From Eledone cirrhosa (Eukaryota): a stretch of 64,000 bases of DNA. Below the pieces are notes generated by a model. It was not told where the DNA came from and searched no databases. It saw nothing but the letters and a program-made list of their open reading frames with translations. The position numbers and the translations under genes were made by a program. Shown here in pieces: positions 44,960-58,772 of the stretch (positions within the stretch are counted from its first letter, which is position 1; each line of letters starts with the position of its first letter). Location: positions 39,060,001 to 39,124,000 of the forward strand of contig OZ024745.1 in the NCBI GenBank assembly GCA_964016885.1, in the 5' to 3' direction.

Positions 44960-46377
44960 CGTCTGTCCGTGCTTGCATGCGGGTTTGGGACTTTGATATA
45001 CACCAAACATACATAATGTTCTTTAGCACTGAGGTAATTTTCGAATATTAAATATTTAGGTTTTTTATTGACGATAAAATACATAATAAAGCCTATTTAT
45101 ATTTGAATTAAATAAATCATTAATTATATAATATGATTACTTTATGTTTGAGGTGTCTAGTTATTCAATCATATTTTCAATTTATATTCTCAATAAAATT
45201 ATTTTCCTGAACATCTTTTAAAAATATTTCTTTCTCTCTGATGCAATAGCCATTTCAAATTTCAAATGACCTTTGCAATTCGTATTTGATTTGTATTTAC
45301 AAATAACATGATCGGTACACCTTTCTATACATTTCTGAGCATATATTGATGAGGTGTCTCTATAGAAAAGTGAATCTTCGGATTTGTTTGGCATAACGAT
45401 CGATAAGAGTCCTTTGTATGTGCCCTTTGTCAGATCTATTTCTTCACAGTGATTATCTTTTCAAGACATCGAGTTAGCTCTTAATATCTGTATGTGATTA
45501 ACGCCTACCAGTTATATTTTGATTGAGGCGTACAGGGCAGATTATTTGTGTCAGAAAGTCAATCATGATAGCAGACCTAAAATGACTGAGGTTAATTTCG
45601 TAATTACGTTGAAATAGATGTAGTTATAAGGATATTCTCTACCTTACAGCTGCTGATTTCATTAGATGTTATCTGTCTTTTATTGATTACAGGTTAATTA
45701 AATAAGGAATGTATCCTAATTGGAACTGTTACATTTGAAATAAAACGCAATATATACATAAGTAAATGACTTCGTTATAGTTTATATTTGTCAGAGAAGT
45801 TTGGGACTATTTTTCTAATTGAGTGAGTTTTGTTTTCACTATAGTGAACCAGAACTTCGGAATACTTAATAGATTGTCCTCACATGTGGATAGGTGATGA
45901 TCGAACAGGTATAATTTTATATGGATCATTCATTAAAGAAACGAATAGTACAATGCGTTAAAACATAACGGATGATTATTAAATTTTGCGGTACAATGAA
46001 ATTTGCTGTCTTCATACGAACGCAACCAACTTCATGTCAGAGATGCATCACAATTGTCTTCACAAATTAGATTTACGAGTGTATTATTATTCCTTGAGAC
46101 GAACAAAACTGCATATTCTAAGTGAAGGGTGAAGCAGGGTAAACATGCCAACTTGGGTTTTAACTTACTTGATAATATATCATAATAACGAATGAAGTGT
46201 GGTAAGGAGCCAGAGAGACCATAAGAAACCAGAGTACTCATTATTTAGGGTAGTAGACTGGGTAATAGGAAAATGTTTAACACCGACGGTAGATCTCAAG
46301 CCGTTTCGACGGCTATTTCTGGACTCAGAAAGAGCCGTTGAAACGGCTTGAGCTGTGCCATCGGGGTTAAAAATGTT

Positions 46378-46413
<36 letters not shown>

Positions 46414-46597
46414 AAGAACAAAGTGGAGGTGTTATATAGAAGATTTATTGGTTACAAATGTTTGCCAAGCAGTTGTCTTGTGATCTGGGCAGCCACCCCT
46501 GAGCAGGCTCCAAGACAGCCTGATCCTCAGCCCAGTGGTAAAGCAACAAAAATCACATCAACTATCCTATATTATATTATGGGTGTTTGTGTACTAA

Positions 46598-47265
46598 ATA
46601 GCTGTTACTTAAATATAAGTATGTATACGTACATACATATATGTATACAGACGTACAGTAGTATGTATATATATATATATACATACATGCAAACATATAT
46701 ATATATGTACGTATCGATTTACCGAACATTTATTATAATGCTCCGAATTAAACCGTACAGTATTTAGCAACCATCGTTGCTCTTATGTTAAACATTGACA
46801 AAGGAACGATGTACTAGTTTCAAGCCTATTAGCTATCGTCAGCACCGTATACCATCCCACCAGATGATTGAACGTCTGAAAGTATATACTTCCTTATGCC
46901 TATTAACGGCTGATCAGCCTAATTTGCATATCGAGTGAGTTAATCGGCCGGGCGCACCGAAAACGATAAACGGAAAAAATGAAACGAAATTTCATTTCTC
47001 ACTCTTAGTACGGCTGTTACTTAAATATAAGTATGTATACGTACATACATATATGTATACAGATGTACAGTAGTATGTATATATATATATATACATACAT
47101 GCACACACATATTTATATATGTACGTATGGATTTACCGAACATTTATTATAATGCTCGGTATGTTTGTAAACAAACATCCCGAATTAAGCCGTACAGCAA
47201 GCATCGTTGCTCTTTTGTAACAGCCGTACTAAGAGTGAGAAATGAAATTTCGTTTGATTTTTTCC

Positions 47266-47270
<5 letters not shown>
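46598..47270. repeat. 1.5 tandem copies of the same monomer plus a short inverted end
   Basis: gctgttacttaaatataag at 46601 and 47013 (412 bp). Confidence 0.88.
46807..46847 (-). ncRNA. Minimal type I hammerhead ribozyme in the ~410-430 bp tandem repeat family
   Basis: CGGTG-CTGACGA-tAGCT aata GGCTt-GAAA-CTAG-TA-CATCG, with palindromic helix III ACTAGT. Confidence 0.82.
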
Positions 47271-47307
<37 letters not shown>

Positions 47308-48206
47308 GCGTGTATATGTTTATGTGTATTCGTATGTATAACTAAAATGCATTGAATTCACATATTTGAAGTTTGGCAATCATAGTCAACTTTTATTTAC
47401 ACAGACAGAGTGACAGACACACATACACAGACACACACATACATCCACTCTCACGAGCACCTGCCCCCCACCACATACACATACACACACATACACCCGC
47501 ACGCACACGCAGAGGGAGGTAGAAACTAGTAGAGAAAACATTGAAATATTGCAGAAACTTTTAACAAGAATCCAAGTAAACCATTTTCCCATAGTTCCTC
47601 AGAATATTTATAATTCTTTAAATAAGTTTTATCATTTTGGAAGCAGTACAACTTAACTGAATTATCTATCTATTCTTCAAACTCTACTAACGTGGAATAA
47701 GGATGGTGTTGTAAGATGACTTAATTAAACATTCAATGAAATTTGCCATGAACTGATTTCGTCTGGAGATATATGTTTGACCAACGCTTTTTACGCCTGG
47801 TCAACAATTATTCAGTAAGTTAATATACCAACATGATATTATCTGTCGAATTAGACGCTGCACTTTATCTCGCTCATCAGCAGATATCTCTATTTTGGTT
47901 AGCTTATGTCAACGTCTGAGTAAATATTTATGCACGCTTACGATCAAAACGTTACATACGTGCATACACCCCCCCCTCTCACACACACACATGTATATGT
48001 ATGTACATACACACATACACAAACATATATATATATATATATACTGTATATATATATATATATATTTATGGGGGGGGGGGGCGTGTGTGGTGGTAGCTAA
48101 TATGCTTCCATATGCGGTAAGCTGGTTGAGCACTCTATGTTCTCACAGAGCAGAGTATGATATAATATAAAACGTAAAATCAGATGCATCACTGAATTTT
48201 CGTTTT

Positions 48207-48239
<33 letters not shown>

Positions 48240-48241
<2 letters not shown>

Positions 48242-48560
48242 TGTTATACTTGGGGAGGGTCATATTTGTGTAATATTGCCAGAATTAATAACAGAACACA
48301 CTCACTATTTGGTTGGTTTACGCTTTTCGCTTCTGTGTCTTTTATATCGGTAATCTAATTTATTCGGTCCTCAATGTTGCCATTGACTGATCAACGGTCA
48401 AAAATAATACAGATACAATATAGACACAAACACATATATATAGTTTATCAAAGTTCTTTCGTTGCACATCTGCAACATCGTCAGTGGTGCTATTGTTTCC
48501 TCCCGTTACATTGTATTTTCTACGACACACGATTTCATATAAAAAACCTCGCACAACTAT
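48240..48560 (-). mobile_element. Solo pLTR copy of the 14930-17516 PLE family
   Basis: Matches 14973-15260 and ends in an inverted tail (cgacacacgatttcatataaaaaacctcgc). Confidence 0.85.
48447..48488 (-). ncRNA. Minimal type I hammerhead-like motif in a PLE pLTR (cores also at ~15200-15233 and ~17255-17290)
   Basis: ACCA-CTGACGA-t-GTTGCA gatg TGCAAC-GAAA-GAAC-TT-TGAT. Confidence 0.68.
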
Positions 48561-48772
48561 ATATATATATATAACGAAGGATGTGTGGTAAGGAACCAGT
48601 TGAACCATAACGCACCAGAGTACTCAATACTTAGGGTAGTAGAATGGGTAATAGGAAAACATTTAACCCCGACGGCAGAGCTAAAGCCGTTTAGACGACT
48701 ATTTCTGGACAACAGTAGTCCAGAAATAGCCGTCGAAATGGCTTGATGTCTGCCGTCGGGGTTAAACTGTTT

Positions 48773-48867
<95 letters not shown>

Positions 48868-50784
48868 TTATCTATCTACATATATATATATATATATGTG
48901 TGTGTGTATATGCGCGTGTGTGTGTGCGTGTATTTATAAATATAAGTCAGAGTATACACCTATGTGAGCATGTGTGTGTATATAAACAAATATGAAAATG
49001 TTCATACAGCAAGCAAGCATTGCTAATCCAAATGATTAAGCTGCATCTATGCTGGATGGTAAAATAAAGCCTGATACATGTTTATATACAAAGAGTATGA
49101 ATGTTATAGAGACACATGTGTGTGTGAATGTATGTATGTGTATTTGTGTGAACGTGAAAGCGAGCTAATATGTGTGTGTAGCTAGATCATCTCACAATGT
49201 CGTCCTCACTCTAATTTTTGCTGTGGAAGCCAGTTACATTTTATAATTTCATAATTCTTTGATATATAACATATCACGGAATTGATTGAATTTGGACTAG
49301 AAAATGTGGCATTGCTCTTAATTATTGTAGATAATGGCACAAATTATACACGAGGCCGAACACCATGAAATATTCTACCATTGTCTTACAAATAAGACAT
49401 TGAATTATTTGAATATATGTCTCTTATATCTACGTTTCATGGTCGTGTATACAAAACATTTGACTACCGGTTTACTCCATCAGAGAATATCTGATGCTAG
49501 ACATTAATGCAAAAATCTAGACCACACTTGTTTTAGGGGTATATGTTGCAGAGGCATGCCTTCCCAATAGTCTTATGACGGATTATGATGCAACGATAAG
49601 CAACATTTGTGTATGTGAATAGATTATTGCCTTCCGTATTAAAGTCACGACTATGAATTGGGATAGTTATTTTGGCAGGTCATACTGCCACTTAGAACAT
49701 ATTCGGTTAGTCTGTTGTATTAATATTTTTGGGGCTCATCAAATAAACCATTTAATGAAGTTTGTATAATAAGATATTACATATATATATACAAACGGAA
49801 AGACTTACGTCAGGAAAGAATCATTAAAGGTGAAGGGAATTTAGAATTTAAAGTGTTTCATTACTGTATTTCGAACGGTAGTCAGAACATTTTGAAATTT
49901 AAGCAAATTCTTTTTCTTTAAGTTGGTGGAATGAAGTTTACATTTTTTAACATAGAATTGTAACTGAATACCTCCAGGTACATGTAATATATATATTTTA
50001 AAATAATTAGTTTGTATTATGGAAATAATGGTGGTTTCAGAAAATTTAGTGTCATAACTGCTAAAACATATTACCTGATAGTCTATCTTTTTCAAAAATA
50101 ACAAAATCAGAGACACATTTTTTCTGGCATGGAGTTTTTTCCGATAAAAATCAATAATATGGCATCTACGTAGTTAATCAATATTTGCTCTATTATATTG
50201 GCAAGATATTTTAAACAAGGTTTGACCTTTAAGAAAATTTGCTTAGTTTACTGCTCCCACTTTTTTCTCCTTTCTGTAACTGCAAATATTTGAGAGAAAA
50301 ATTAACAACATAGAAATACTACCAACATATTTTGGTTTTTAAAAAAATCTATTTTTATATCCCTAACGGTACAGATTATTTTTGTATTTTACTTACATTT
50401 AAGAGGTTATCACGAGAATTTCATCAATGAAGTTTTTGAAAGATCAAATAAGGCCTGCTGTTGCCTTCGGGTTGCCGCAATAAGTAATATGTATACAAAG
50501 CTTTTTGGTGATCATTAGATTAGATATGTCAGGTCACGTTTGAGTGCTACTGGTAACATGTAAACCAATACAGCCTGTCGCATGGTCGATTCTTCGGCGA
50601 CTAGTCTGGCAACGCCACCAATTTTATGTGGTGAGGAGGGTGATTTTGGACACCCTGCAGGGCAAAAATCAAAACCTGACAAAGGGCGGAGAACTCTTAA
50701 GTGTCAACGGCCATCCAAAAATATGTAAATATGTATATGCACATGTACATATTTATGTGTATATATATGCGTGTGTATATGCCT

Positions 50785-53700
50785 AAGGTGTCAGGGAGGG
50801 GCATGTACCTATGTATGGGGGCTAGCCATGCCCTTTTCAAGTCAGCTCGTACTGTATTGGGTCCCACCTGAAACTCAGCTCTCACCTGTGACCCGATAAG
50901 TTGTAGCATGCGATAGCGGCAAATCTCCGTAAACCGCTTTGGCTGGTGGGCCGAACCAGGTTGTGGGTAGCCGGACGGGTCTGAAACCCTCCGATGAGTT
51001 AGATAGGGGATGCTTACCCCTGCATGCGAAGTCTGAACCCGGTGGAGTGAGTGGAGGAGGATAACATCGCCCCAAAGCTCACGAGGGCGGCGATAGCAGC
51101 GGTGTGGAGCGCTAGGGCACGGCAAGGCACTACAGACGTCGTGGCCATCCACTGCAGACAAGTAAGTCCCTGGTCGTGACGGTCCTCCATACCACCGGAT
51201 TCTGGCTTCTGCAGCCGAGTAAGTGGGACCGTCACTGTGCACTGGCTCTCCCACTATAAACCTTTCCCGCACAGGTTCTTCTTTAGCGTGCACTGCCAAA
51301 GCCGCGCGGCGATGGGCGAGAGGCGGAGGTAACAGGTGGAGGTATCCTTTGGGAGTTTCCAGTGTCAAACCCGCCTGTAGGTGGCCTGGATACGCAAGTC
51401 GTTCTCTTCCTGACCCTGGGATGACAGAGGAGTCAGGCCTTCCACCGGGCGACTGAGCAGCCCTTTTCTGGGGAGCACTACTCACCCACGCACGAGTGGA
51501 GGGGCGATACAAGGAGCCCTAATGCTCGCCCCACACAAAGCCGGCCAGTCTACCGCGGCTAGCGGTTTTATCCTTCCAACGGTCTAAACCAATATAATAT
51601 AAACAAGAACTTGATTCTTGGCGCATGGAATGTGCGCACCCTCATCGATAGGGAAACCTCCTTGAGGCCAGAGAAGAGAACTGCCCTCATAGCGAGGGAA
51701 TTAGCTCGCTACCAGATCGACATAGTCGCCCTCAGCGAGACCAGACTCGCCGAACAAGGATCAGTTGCACAACCGAAAGGTGGCTACACCTTCTGGAATG
51801 GTAATGCAGAGGACGAGGATAGAATCCATGGGGTAGCCCCGGCCATCAAGACTTCGCTCTGCACACATCTACCAGACCTCTCAGCACCTGTCAATGAGCG
51901 GCTGATGAGGCTCCGCTTCCCCCTCAAACCCATCTCGGCATGTCACATTCATCAGTGCGTACGCTCCCACTCTCACCTGCAGCGTAGAAGCATAGGGCGC
52001 TTCCTACGAGGAACTCAACGCACCCGTGAAAAACATCCCCCGACGCAACAAACTCATCCTACTGCTGGACTTCAACGCAAGAGTTGGCTCTGAAAGCAGC
52101 AACTGGAGAGGCCTGCTGGAACCTCACGGCACAGGGAATCTGAAATCTAACGGCCACATACTGTTGAGTTTCTGCGCCGAGAACGACCTCACCGTCACCA
52201 GCACACTGTCCCGCCTGGCAGACAAGTTCAGGACGACATGGATGCACCCCAGATACACACAGTGGCATCTGATTGACTTTGCCATATGCCGCAGGAGGGA
52301 CATCTGTGACGTCAGAATCACCAGGGCATGCGTGGTGCAGAGTGTTGGACCGACAATCGCCTTGTCAGGACCATCCTGTCACTGCACATCACCCCGATGC
52401 GCCGCACGACTCAATCAGCCAGAGCATCGTGATGCGTTCGTGGAAGACCTGGACGTCCGACTGAGTGCCCATAGACCACTGACCCAACTCAACAGTGGGA
52501 CCAACTAAGGGCGTTGGTGACAGAGTCAGCCAAGGCAACCATCGGACCGAGGAAGAGAGTCCAACAGGACTGGTTTGATGAAAACGATGAGCGTATCAGA
52601 CAACTCCTGGACAAGAAGAGGAGGGCTTTCATTGAGTGGCAGAATGACAGCTCCTCCACCTCGAAGTGTGACCGTTTCAAGCATGTCCAGGGGCAGACCC
52701 AAACAGAATGCAGGATGAGTGGTGGGAGAAGAAAGCCGAAGAAGTCGAGAAATACGATAACACAAATAACTCCAAGATGTTCTTCAGCGCCATCGGGTAC
52801 GTCTACTGAAAAGCCTGTCACCACACCGCTCCTGCCTGTTGACGGCTCGACCCTGCTGAAGGAGAAGAGCAACGTCAACTAGAGGTGGAGAGAGCACTTC
52901 AGCAACCTGGTCAACAGGCACTCCACTGTCAACCCTGCCACCCTCAGAAACCCGTAGACGGCAGTCTCGACCTCTCCCTCCCTCACACACACGTTGGATG
53001 AACTCACGAAAGCAATCAACCGGACCAGCTCAGGAAAAGCCCCTGGTAATGACGGATTCCGAGATCTTCAAGTCGGCCGCTCCAGCTGCTCTGGGGGCCT
53101 TCCACAACCTCCTCGCCAGGATATGGGAAGAAGAGGTGCCCAAAGACTTCAGGGATGCAACAGTTGTCTCGTCTTTTAAGAACAAAGGCCGCAAAACTGA
53201 CTCTGGCAACTATCGGGGCGTATATCTCCTGTCCATCGCTGAGAAGGTACTGGCTCGGGTCACGCTCAACCACTTCATCGCCAACATCTCGGATGACAAC
53301 CTACCTGAGACCCAGTATGGGTTTTGCCCAAACTGCAGCACGATCGCCATGATCTTTTCTGTACACCAAGTGCAGGAGAGGTGTGTCGAGAAGAACATGG
53401 ACCTCTTTGCCGTCTTCATAGACTTGAAGAAATCCTTCGACACTGTCAACAGGGAGGCCCTCTGTCGATTCCGTCGAAGTTTGGATGCCCGACCAAGTTC
53501 GTGAACCTGACACGGCAATTCCATGATGACATGACCGGGCAGGTACGCACGGGCGTCAAGCAAGGATGCGTGCTGGCTCCCGTCCTCTTCAACTTGTTCT
53601 CACCTGCGTGCTCACTCATGCCGTCAGAGACCTCGAGCACGGAGTGTATCTACGCTACAGACAGGACGGCTCCCTGTTTCACCTGAGGCGCTTGACGGCC

Positions 53701-54690
53701 AAGACAAGGACGAGCAGAGGATCCTCCTGGGGGCACTTTTTTGCTGTCATCGTCATCAAGTTCGCAGAGGCCTCCTGCCACTTCGCTCTAACTAGTAACG
53801 TTGGCAAGACTGAGGTCATGTTCCAGCCTGCACGTGCCTCCGTCGCCCACCCTCCTTCCATCTCCATCGGAGTCACCCAACTAAAGACGGTGGTCGACTT
53901 CAAGTAACACGGCACTGTCATCAGCAGCGATGGAAGCCTCGACAAGGAGATAAACGCCAGGATCTGCAAGGTCAGTCAAGCTCTCGGCCGCCTGAGGACA
54001 CGCGTCCTGAACAAGCACAACATCAGGCAGTCCTCCAAGTTCAAGGTGTACAGGGCCGTTGTTCTCACCAGCCCCCATGAGACATGGACTCTGTATAGAA
54101 GGCACCTTAAGCAGCTGGAACGGTTCCACATGTGCAGCCTGAGGTCAATCATGAACATCAAATGGCAGGACAAGGTCTCCAACCTCGAAGTTCTTGGCAT
54201 GGCTGAGACAACCAGTGTCGAAGCCATGATACTGAAGAGCCGACTTCGATGGGTGGGACATGTCATCCGGATGGTCGATCACAGGCTTCCGAAGCTACTG
54301 ATGTATAGGGAACTCTGTTCGAGGAAACGCAATCAGGGTAGGTCTCTCAAGAGGTTCAAAAACTATGTGAAATCCAGCATCAACAACACTGGAATCGCCC
54401 CAAAACAACTCGAGTTCCATGCTCAGGACAGGACTGTGTGGCGAGCCCTTACCATACGTACCAAAGTCTCTTTTGAAGAGAAGAAACGGGCAGAGGTCAC
54501 TGAGTGCCGTGAAAGGAGGAGAAAGGCATCAGCAGCTGCCCCAAGCGACTCCGGTCACTTCCCCTTCTTCCACTGTCCCCGGACCTGTAAGTGAAGCATC
54601 GGCCTCCACAGCCACCTTCGCGCCCACGGCAGAGGGGAACAACAATGAAGAAGATGTCATCATCGTTCACGATGGACAACCAAGACAGTA
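50785..54690 (+). mobile_element. Near full-length degenerate RTE-clade (BovB/RTE-like) LINE
   Basis: APE endonuclease (GAWNVRTL, IVALSETRL, LDFNARVG, WHLIDF), RT (KAPG.D, GNYRGVYLLS, FIDLKKSFDTV, GVKQGCVLAP), C-terminal RLRWVGHV and a decayed CCHH finger, with many frameshifts. Markedly GC-rich relative to the flanks. Confidence 0.95.
51611..54630 (+). pseudogene. RTE EN-RT ORF, frameshifted
   Basis: Split across ORFs 51611, 52026, 52514, 52998, 53324, 53566 and 54046. The FADD catalytic region is damaged near 53740. Confidence 0.92.
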
Positions 54691-55559
54691 TATAAGTTAA
54701 TAGCCCCTTAAGTTGTACATATCACTTTGAGGTATTTTGTGACTACATAGTAACTAAGCGTGGATGCAACAGGCATGTTGATGAAAGTTCATAGGCAGAA
54801 ACTTTGTTAAATTTTGTCGGTGTTTCGGTTCCTGTTCATCTATATATTTTTTCAAACATTACATGTGTATTACTTGCTTCAGGGAGTGCTATGCACATAA
54901 AATTCAACTTTTTGATCTCCTAGTGCCCACATTACGTCACGCCGATTTCCTTGAAATTGTAACTATGTATTAGCCATTCTCTTCTTCATACCGTGAGCAA
55001 AGAAAATCCAACATTTTATGGCATAGAGCCCGCATTAGTTGAACAACTTATACTGATATCGCCTCAAATGTCTTTTACCTATATATGTCTCAGTCGCAGT
55101 TCTATGCCATTGAGAAGACAATACTTAACGTCTATAGTTGTCGAGAATATACTTGCACGTATAATCTGCAGACGGTTCCTAGAGTATGTTGGGATGAGAG
55201 AATATTGAATAAAGCCAATAGTTTCCATTCTCACAGAAACTAGAGAAAGACGAAAATGTACAATTACAGGAATGATAACGTCAGTGATTATTCAGAGGGG
55301 AAACTGAAATATCATCCAACTGATAAGTTTTCACATAACTCAAAACATTAAATTTAGTGCAAAGCAGACACGATGTAAAAAAATAGATATATTGTTGATG
55401 ATATTCTTTCCAAATTCATTATCTATATAATAGTCGAGGAATTTACAGTGTCACATCGACATGTTTATCACACTAACACTAAAATGGCAAGATAGTTTTG
55501 TATATTATATATTTCCTCATTCTATGAGTTTGGCCAGAAAGTTCTCGCTGTTTTTCAGA

Positions 55560-55975
55560 TTCTTATTCACATTGGTGCTTTTAAACATTAGGCCGATATT
55601 CACGATTACGGTCAGTCAGAATGTGGCTCACTCACTCGTCCAACTTAGACACATTCCCTGTTGCATGAATGTGATTGACGATAGTTGTTTTCGATGCCCA
55701 AATCACTTAGGAGAGTTTACGAGATGTCTGATATGGGTTAGCTGCCACCAGCTCAGGCAATTGTTCGTTGTTGGTGTCAGTTAAATGTCCAGCGTGATGT
55801 CGATTATCAAGAATGTAATCAACGGAACTGAAGCTTATGAACCAGTCCGAGGCCCTGTGTTCAAATATGATGTGTGACTAAAATGCGTTGTTAATGCAAC
55901 GATTCGATGATACTCCACTTAGGCCAGTCTTGAAGGCATGAAAGAAATAATCTCGAAAAAACAAATGTTGCCTCA
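55560..55975 (-). mobile_element. mariner transposase N-terminal remnant
   Basis: Frameshifted LFHAFKTG..INNAF..DWF..LVAANPYQTSRKL..TIVNHI..GNVSKLDE(WVPH-like) resembles the Mos1-type HTH region. Confidence 0.7.
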
Positions 55976-56151
55976 CTTTTAATAGCGTAACACAAAATGA
56001 GAAATATATAGACTGCGAATCAACCTCAACTCGTATATATGTGAGCATATAGAACCTTGAACGTTTCCAATAGGCACTACCGAATTATCTCTGTTTGAAA
56101 AACGGCGGGAAAATTGTGTCCCACCCATTATTTTGTTACTCTCTTTTTCTT

Positions 56152-56200
<49 letters not shown>

Positions 56201-56509
56201 GTGTGTGTGTGTATATTATTCAAAAAGTTAACAAATGAAAAATATTCGCATAATAAAAATATTATATATATTTCAAAGGTACTGTGTGGTTTTTTCAGTA
56301 CGTTTTCATCAGACAAAATATATGATGTGATTTATGACATATTGCTACGGTCTTCATTATTCAATAGGCATAATTTTTTGAATAGTATTAAAAATCCCAG
56401 GAAAACTTTTTTGTTGAGTGCTTCTAATCTATTGTAAAATTGTATTCGTTGAGTAATCAACGAACCGTACTAATCTTTGGTTATATATATATATACACAG
56501 CCATACACA

Positions 56510-56595
<86 letters not shown>

Positions 56596-56824
56596 TGTGG
56601 ACCTTAGCAATAGGTCATTTTCCGAAAAGTAAAATTTTGCTGCACCCACACTCTAATCCTTTTCCAATAGTGTACGCAACGATTAATTCTGTTCAAAAGC
56701 GGGATACTGACGACCATTTTCTTTTTTCTTCTTAGAGAAAGTTATGTGGTCACATCCAGGCAAACTCAGCATATATATATATATATATATATATATACAT
56801 TTTATATATAACCACATGCTGTGC

Positions 56825-57380
56825 TGATATATGTATATATGATCCTCTCCTCCTCAATATCAAATTCCTCCCCTTCTGCTTCCACTTCACCCATCTCCGT
56901 CCTCACCTTCTTCACCTTCCCGCCCTTCAACTCCTACCTCCATTTCCACCCTTTCCTCCATTCCCCCTTCCTCCGCTGCCCCACCTTCCCCTCCTCCTCT
57001 CTTCCCTGCTCCTCCTCTTTCTATCTCTCCCTCATCTTCTTTTATCCTTGCTCTCCTTTTCTCCTTCCTACCCTTTTTATCATTGCTCTCATTGCTCTCA
57101 TTTTCTCATTGCTCTCCTTCCTCTCCGTGCTCTCCTTTCTCCTTGCCTTTCTCTCCTTTCTGTCCTTTTTCTCCTTGCTCACCCTTTCTCCCTCCTATCC
57201 TTGCTTTCTTTTTAGCCCCGCTCTCCTTGCTCTCCTTTTCTCATTGCTCTCCTTGCTACTCTTTCTCATTGCTCTCATTACTCTCATTGCTCTCATTGCT
57301 CTCGTTGCTATCTATGCCCTCTTTTTCTTCTGCTCTCATTGCTCTCCTTTTCTCATTGCTCTCCTTGCTCTCCTTTTCTC
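56825..57380. repeat. Polypyrimidine tract with a 9-bp minisatellite (CTCATTGCT/CTCCTTGCT)
   Basis: Directly visible; it explains the Leu/Ser-rich pseudo-ORFs at 56821 and 57083. Confidence 0.85.
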
Positions 57381-57436
57381 AATACCGAGTACTGATTTCT
57401 CTCGGCTGTCAACCACATACAGATACATGTATATTA

Positions 57437-57771
57437 TGGTGGCCCTTAGCAAAATATGTGTTTGCCCTATACCTGCGATATGTCCCCTGCTTTGCAAGTA
57501 ACCTTCCACGTCATAGTTGTTGTCATTTAGCGTTCTAATACCAAGAATAAGTCTGAACATGTGTTTAAAAGAGAAAATTACACAAGAGATAATAAATATG
57601 TATATAAAAAAATGATTTTCCGGGAGAAAAGTTCAAACTTTCACGGTCAAGATGGTTCGCCTTCACTTTGTCCCCTTAAGCAAAACTTTTGCATATATTG
57701 CCTTGTTGTTAATCGGACCAAGATACGGGGTGGGAGCTAAATCTTTAGTAAGTTGAAAAGTAAAGGCCACC

Positions 57772-57772
<1 letters not shown>
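57437..57772. mobile_element. Possible MITE with short terminal inverted repeats
   Basis: GGTGGCCCTTA at ~57438 and TAAAGGCCACC at ~57761. Confidence 0.4.
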
Positions 57773-57835
<63 letters not shown>

Positions 57836-57839
57836 TATA

Positions 57840-57981
<142 letters not shown>

Positions 57982-58013
57982 TATATATACATATATATGT
58001 GTTTATATGTATG

Positions 58014-58065
<52 letters not shown>

Positions 58066-58146
58066 TATATATATATGTATATATACATATATATATATAC
58101 ATATATATGTGTTTATATGTATATATATATATACATATATATGTGT

Positions 58147-58180
<34 letters not shown>

Positions 58181-58196
58181 TTCTTTTGTATATATA

Positions 58197-58238
<42 letters not shown>

Positions 58239-58681
58239 TATATATACAAAACAAATATATGTACATTCAGAAAACGGGAAAGATATCAGAATTCAGTAGT
58301 CTTATTGAATCTAACACGCTGACATTCATGTATATGCTGGTAGAAGATCTTGGCTACACAAACAAATACATAATCAACGGCAAACAATAAACTGTCTACT
58401 ACTGACTGCGATCGACATATATAGAACACAGTATATCTTCGAACATGAGGTATTGACTTAGAAACTTGAGCGTGCGAAATTTTTTGTATATGATGTTAAA
58501 ATTAGTTTTAAAAAAGAAATGGGAAAATAGAATTACGAGACAATGCAACTAGAAAAACACTGCCATTGGAAAATATATGCACACTCGTGAATATATTTCT
58601 CTATCTCTATCTCTCTATATATAGCTCCCTTTTTCTCTCTCTCTCTATCAATCGTTCTCTTCTATCTTTCTACACCTCTCA

Positions 58682-58772
<91 letters not shown>

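Noticed and set aside
50697-51512. 271-aa minus-strand ORF
   Set aside because: It is antisense to the GC-rich RTE 5' UTR and has no recognisable domain; a long ORF is expected by chance at this GC content.
56821-57538. 226-aa hydrophobic ORF resembling a membrane protein
   Set aside because: It arises from a polypyrimidine tract and a 9-bp minisatellite.
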